From an uncultured delta proteobacterium (GTDB lineage: Bacteria; Desulfobacterota; Binatia; HRBIN30; BPIQ01): a stretch of DNA of 64,000 bases. This document shows, one piece after another, positions 60,414 to 64,000 of the stretch. The notes under the pieces are model-generated. The model saw only the letters and a program-made list of their open reading frames with translations. It searched no databases and was not told the origin of the DNA. A program made the position numbers and the translations under genes. Every line of letters starts with the position of its first letter. Within the stretch, counting starts at the first letter, position 1. The DNA is taken from the NCBI GenBank assembly GCA_963761335.1, contig CAVXGR010000017.1:256001-320000 (forward strand), written 5' to 3'.

Positions 60414-61637
60414 ATGAACCGCATTGTCGTTCGCTATCACGAGATCGCCCTGAAGCGCGGCAACCGCTCCTTCTTCGTCGGCGCGCTGGTGGACAACCTG
60501 CGCGAGGGTCTGCGGGGAACCGGAGTGCATCGGGTGCGCAGCACGCCGGGGCGCATCATCATCCTGCTGCAGAAGCGCTTCGACTGGGAAGAGATCCGGG
60601 CGCGTCTCGGGCGCACATTCGGCATCGTCAACTTCTCCATGGCGATGCGCACCGAGCCCGACACCGAGTCGATGCTCGCCGGGGCGCTGCGCGCCGTCGA
60701 AGGCCGTGCATTTGCCAGCTTTGCGGTGCGCACCAAGCGGGCGGACAAGTCGTTCCCCATGAGCTCTCCCGAGATCAATCGCCTTCTCGGGGGAGCGGTC
60801 AAGGAGCGTTCGGGCGCCGCCGTCGATCTGGAGACGCCGGAGCTGGTAGTCTCTGTCGAGCTCCTCGCCGACGGGGCCTTCATCTCGATCGACAAGCTGG
60901 CGGGGCCGGGCGGACTGCCGGTGGGAACCGGAGGCCGGGTGCTGGCCCTGCTTTCCGGGGGCATCGATTCACCCGTGGCGGCGGCGCGCATGATGCAGCG
61001 CGGCTGTCGCGTCGAGCTCATCCATTTTCATGCGGTGCCGTTTCAGGATCGTCGCGGCATCGACAAGGCCAAGGATCTGGCCGAGATCCTCACCGGCTTC
61101 CAGCTCGAATCGCGCTTGCATCTGGTGCCCTTCGGGGAGATTCAGCGGCAGATCGTGGGCGCCGTCGAGCGCCCCTATCGCGTCGTCCTCTACCGGCGCA
61201 TGATGCTGCGCATCGCCGCCGCGCTGGCGGCGCGACGGGAGATCCTGGCGCTGGTCACCGGCGAGAGCCTGGGGCAAGTGGCCTCGCAGACGCTGGAGAA
61301 CATCACCGCCATCCAGGACGCCGTCACCATTCCCGTCCTGCGACCCCTGATCGGCATGGACAAGCAGGAGATCACCGCGCAGGCGGAGAGGATCGGCACC
61401 TTCGAGACCTCGATTCTTCCCGACCAGGACTGCTGCCAGCTGTTCGTGCCGCGCCACCCGGCGACGCGCGTCCCGGTCGCTGTGGCGCGCCGGCTGGAGA
61501 GCCCGCTCGCGGTCGACGACATGGTCGAGGAGGCGCTCTCGCGCACCGAGGCAGTCGAGTTCCACTTCCCGATGCCGCGGCGCGACGAGCTCGCCGAGCT
61601 GGAAAGCGGCGGCGAGGCGTCGGCTTCGCCGCGCTGA
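60414..61637 (+). CDS. thiI: tRNA 4-thiouridine synthase (no C-terminal rhodanese domain)
   Basis: EIALK..NR, THUMP domain, GLPVG, LLSGGIDSPVA, GESLGQVASQT, RPLIG.DK, DCC. Confidence 0.93.
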   Translation: MNRIVVRYHEIALKRGNRSFFVGALVDNLREGLRGTGVHRVRSTPGRIIILLQKRFDWEEIRARLGRTFGIVNFSMAMRTEPDTESMLAGALRAVEGRAFASFAVRTKRADKSFPMSSPEINRLLGGAVKERSGAAVDLETPELVVSVELLADGAFISIDKLAGPGGLPVGTGGRVLALLSGGIDSPVAAARMMQRGCRVELIHFHAVPFQDRRGIDKAKDLAEILTGFQLESRLHLVPFGEIQRQIVGAVERPYRVVLYRRMMLRIAAALAARREILALVTGESLGQVASQTLENITAIQDAVTIPVLRPLIGMDKQEITAQAERIGTFETSILPDQDCCQLFVPRHPATRVPVAVARRLESPLAVDDMVEEALSRTEAVEFHFPMPRRDELAELESGGEASASPR

Positions 61638-61640
61638 CAC

Positions 61641-62084
61641 ATGACTCCCGCCGAGGCCGCCGACCACGCCGAGATCATTCAGGTGCTGCAGCTCTACGGG
61701 CAGGCGCTCGACGAGCGGGCCTACGAGCTGCTCGACGCAGTGTTCACTCCAACGGCGCGCCTGCGCTACGCCCTGGGCGGCGAACGCACTGAGCGCTCGT
61801 ATCGCGAATGGCTGGCGGTGGTGCGGAAGTTTCTCGCCCCGTTCGCCGCCACGCAGCATCACCTCAGCCCGCCGCTGATCGCCCTCGACGGCGACCGCGC
61901 CCGCACCACCTGCCGCCTGATCGCCGTCCACATCCGCGCCGCCGACGACCCCGAGTGCCCGCCGTGGACGGTCTACGGTGTCTACCGCGACGAGCTGGTG
62001 CGCACGCCGGCTGGCTGGCGCATCGCCGCCCGCGACTTTGCCAGCACGCACGTCGGGCAGTTGAAGAGGGCGTCTGGGAGTTGA
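61641..62084 (+). CDS. SnoaL-like / NTF2-family protein
   Basis: Y..ALD......L..VFT, TQH, G.Y.D.LVRT..GWRI..R. Confidence 0.85.
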   Translation: MTPAEAADHAEIIQVLQLYGQALDERAYELLDAVFTPTARLRYALGGERTERSYREWLAVVRKFLAPFAATQHHLSPPLIALDGDRARTTCRLIAVHIRAADDPECPPWTVYGVYRDELVRTPAGWRIAARDFASTHVGQLKRASGS

Positions 62085-62146
62085 AGAGGCGGCTCAGAAC
62101 CGTGCCGGCGCGCCTACGGGGCGCGGGCGTATAGCCCGGGTGCAAA

Positions 62147-62197
62147 GTAGAAGCGCCGTCCCGGCGCTTTTCCGAAGCGGCGAGACGCCGCTTCTAC
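62147..62197. repeat. GTAG-type REP doublet, copy 3 (most intact)
   Basis: GTAG-AAGCGCCGTCCCGGCGCTT-TTCCG-AAGCGGCGAGACGCCGCTT-CTAC. Confidence 0.88.
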
Positions 62198-62284
62198 TTG
62201 GCCGGGGAGCCGGCGGAATCGTTTTGCCCAGATTCTTGCGCCGCAGCCCAGGTGGCGACACAATCGGGCCGCTGGGGAGAGAGA

Positions 62285-63205
62285 ATGAACAGAGCCGTCA
62301 TCTACGGAATTCTGCTGCTGGCCGCCGGCACGGCGGCGGGCGTCGTGGTCGGATCACGGGTAGCGACGACCGATGAGCCGGTCGCTTCCGAAAGCCGGCC
62401 GCCGAGGGTGTCCCAGCCTGGCGTGCGCGGCGATCGGCAGCAGGAGCTGGAGATCCAGCTCGAGCGGTTGTCGTCGCGTTTGACCGCCGAGGCAGACGAG
62501 CGGCGGGGGCTCGAGGAGAGGATCGCCGGGCTCGAATCGGCGCTCTCCGCCCTGCACAACGGCACCGCCGAAGGGGAAGCGGCGAGCTCGGCGACGACGG
62601 ATTCTGGAGCGGCCGGCCAGGCCCAGGTTGCCAGCAGCGGCAGTGCCCCGGCAGACCCGGGGCCGGTGGGGACCGAGGATGGCGGCGCCGAGGCGCTCAC
62701 GCCGATGGAGCACGCGCTCATCGCCGCGGGCGTCGACCCGGAGACGGCGGCCGGCATCAAGAAGAAGCAGGACGAGCTGGCGCTGTCGGAGATCTACCTG
62801 CGCGACCAGGCATCGCGCGAAGGGTGGTCGGACACACCGCGCTTCTCTCAGGAGATGGCCGACATCGAGAGCCAGCGCACCTCGGTTCGCGACCAGATCG
62901 GCGACGACGCCTATGACCGCTATCTCGCCGCTCTCGACCATCCGAACCGCGTGACCGTCAACGACGTGCTCCTCGAATCTCCCGCCGCCGCGGCCGGGCT
63001 CCAGGCGGGTGACGTGGTGCTGAGCTACGGCGACACGCGCATCTTCTCTCCCGACGAGCTGGTTGCGGCGACCCGCTCCGGCACTTCGGGCGAGCCGGTC
63101 CGCCTGCAGGTTCTCCGCCAGGGGCAGCCGCTGGAGATCGACGTGCCGCGCGGCCCTCTCGGCGTGCGTATCGCCGCCAGCCGCGGCACTCCCGGCGACG
63201 GCTGA
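62285..63205 (+). CDS. Membrane-anchored coiled-coil protein with C-terminal PDZ domain
   Basis: N-terminal TM, coiled coil, V..V..SPA..AGLQ.GD.VL. Confidence 0.78.
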   Translation: MNRAVIYGILLLAAGTAAGVVVGSRVATTDEPVASESRPPRVSQPGVRGDRQQELEIQLERLSSRLTAEADERRGLEERIAGLESALSALHNGTAEGEAASSATTDSGAAGQAQVASSGSAPADPGPVGTEDGGAEALTPMEHALIAAGVDPETAAGIKKKQDELALSEIYLRDQASREGWSDTPRFSQEMADIESQRTSVRDQIGDDAYDRYLAALDHPNRVTVNDVLLESPAAAAGLQAGDVVLSYGDTRIFSPDELVAATRSGTSGEPVRLQVLRQGQPLEIDVPRGPLGVRIAASRGTPGDG

Positions 63206-63211
63206 CGCCGC

Positions 63212-64000
63212 TCACAGGGGCAGATTGCCGGTGGCGGCGCGCGTCGACTTCTCCTTCTTGTAGGCGTCGATGGTGCGTTGGGCGATGCGCCACTGGTGCA
63301 CCTCGTCGGCGCCGTCCGCGAAGCGCGCCCAGCGCGCCTGCTGCGCCATCTGGGCCAGAGGCGTGTCGAGCGAGTAGCCGAGAGCGCCGTGCACCTGGAT
63401 GGCGCGGTCGATGATGCGGTTCAGCGAGTTGGCGACGAAGTGCTTCGCCATCGACACCTCGCTGCGGAAGTCGTCGCCGCGGTCGATCTTGTAGGCGGCG
63501 TGCAGCACCATGAGCTTGCACTGGTACAGCTCCATTGCCGAGTCGGCGATCATCCACTGGATGCCCTGCTTGTCGGCGAGCAGCGACCCGTGCGCGTAGC
63601 GATTGAGGGCGCGGTCGACCATCATGTCGAGCGCCACCTCCGCTTGGCCGATCCAGCGCATGCAGTGCGCCAGACGCGCCGGCCCGAGCCGCGCCTGCCC
63701 GAGCAGGTGCCCCTGGCCGCGGCCGCCGAGCATGTTCTCCCGCGGCACGCGCAGGTTCTCGATGCGGATCTCGGCGTGGTTGTGATGGCCGGCCATGGTC
63801 ACCACGTCGCGGACCACGTTCCAGCCGCTCGCCGGCAGATCGACGAGGAAGGCCGAGTTGGCGGCCTGGGGGATCTCCGGCTCCTCCTCGGTGCGGGCGA
63901 TGAGGATGGCGAACTTGGCGCCGCTGGCCCCGGAGATGAACCACTTGTGCCCGTTGATCACCCACTCGTCACCGTCGAGGACGGCGCGGGTCTGGATGAG
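63212..64000 (-). CDS. Acyl-CoA dehydrogenase (5' end outside window)
   Basis: NGHKWFISGA, QARLGPARL.HCMR, DRAIQVHG..G, DGADEVH. Confidence 0.92.
   Translation of the reverse strand, partial: LIQTRAVLDGDEWVINGHKWFISGASGAKFAILIARTEEEPEIPQAANSAFLVDLPASGWNVVRDVVTMAGHHNHAEIRIENLRVPRENMLGGRGQGHLLGQARLGPARLAHCMRWIGQAEVALDMMVDRALNRYAHGSLLADKQGIQWMIADSAMELYQCKLMVLHAAYKIDRGDDFRSEVSMAKHFVANSLNRIIDRAIQVHGALGYSLDTPLAQMAQQARWARFADGADEVHQWRIAQRTIDAYKKEKSTRAATGNLPL

Overview
Very GC-rich bacterial chromosomal window of mostly housekeeping genes. Gene order is Deltaproteobacteria-like (queA-tgt-yajC-secD-secF-recJ; ctpA-deacetylase-xseA-xseB-ispA-tlyA; rsmD-coaD-aspC; sirC-ccsA-hemA-hemC-cobA/hemD-hemB). 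Candidate phylum Binatota is my inference only. I found no rRNA, tRNA, CRISPR array or transposase. The top observation is a hidden selenoprotein: two short ORFs at 54553-54912 and 54967-55164 are in the same frame and join through TGA 54910-54912 as G-T-U-G-S-C-T, a UGSC-type UxxC motif. A perfect 8-bp hairpin begins 11 nt after the UGA (candidate bacterial SECIS). This gene heads a tight four-gene operon with a Cys-rich unknown protein, a VOC enzyme and a CoA-type Nudix hydrolase, transcribed divergently from a Zn-dependent dehydrogenase. Other notable items: a murL-murD2 alternative D-Glu peptidoglycan pair; a catalytically degenerate TrpC homolog; a MazF toxin with a chimeric antitoxin inserted into the hem operon; a MoaD/ThiS-like carrier with a masked Gly-Gly; ChdC/HemQ; probable leaderless genes; and several families of intergenic repeats (GTAG-REP doublets, 8-mer inverted tandem arrays, and a modular mosaic at 10.6-11.4 kb). 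All product calls rest on motif recognition by eye; no database searches were run.
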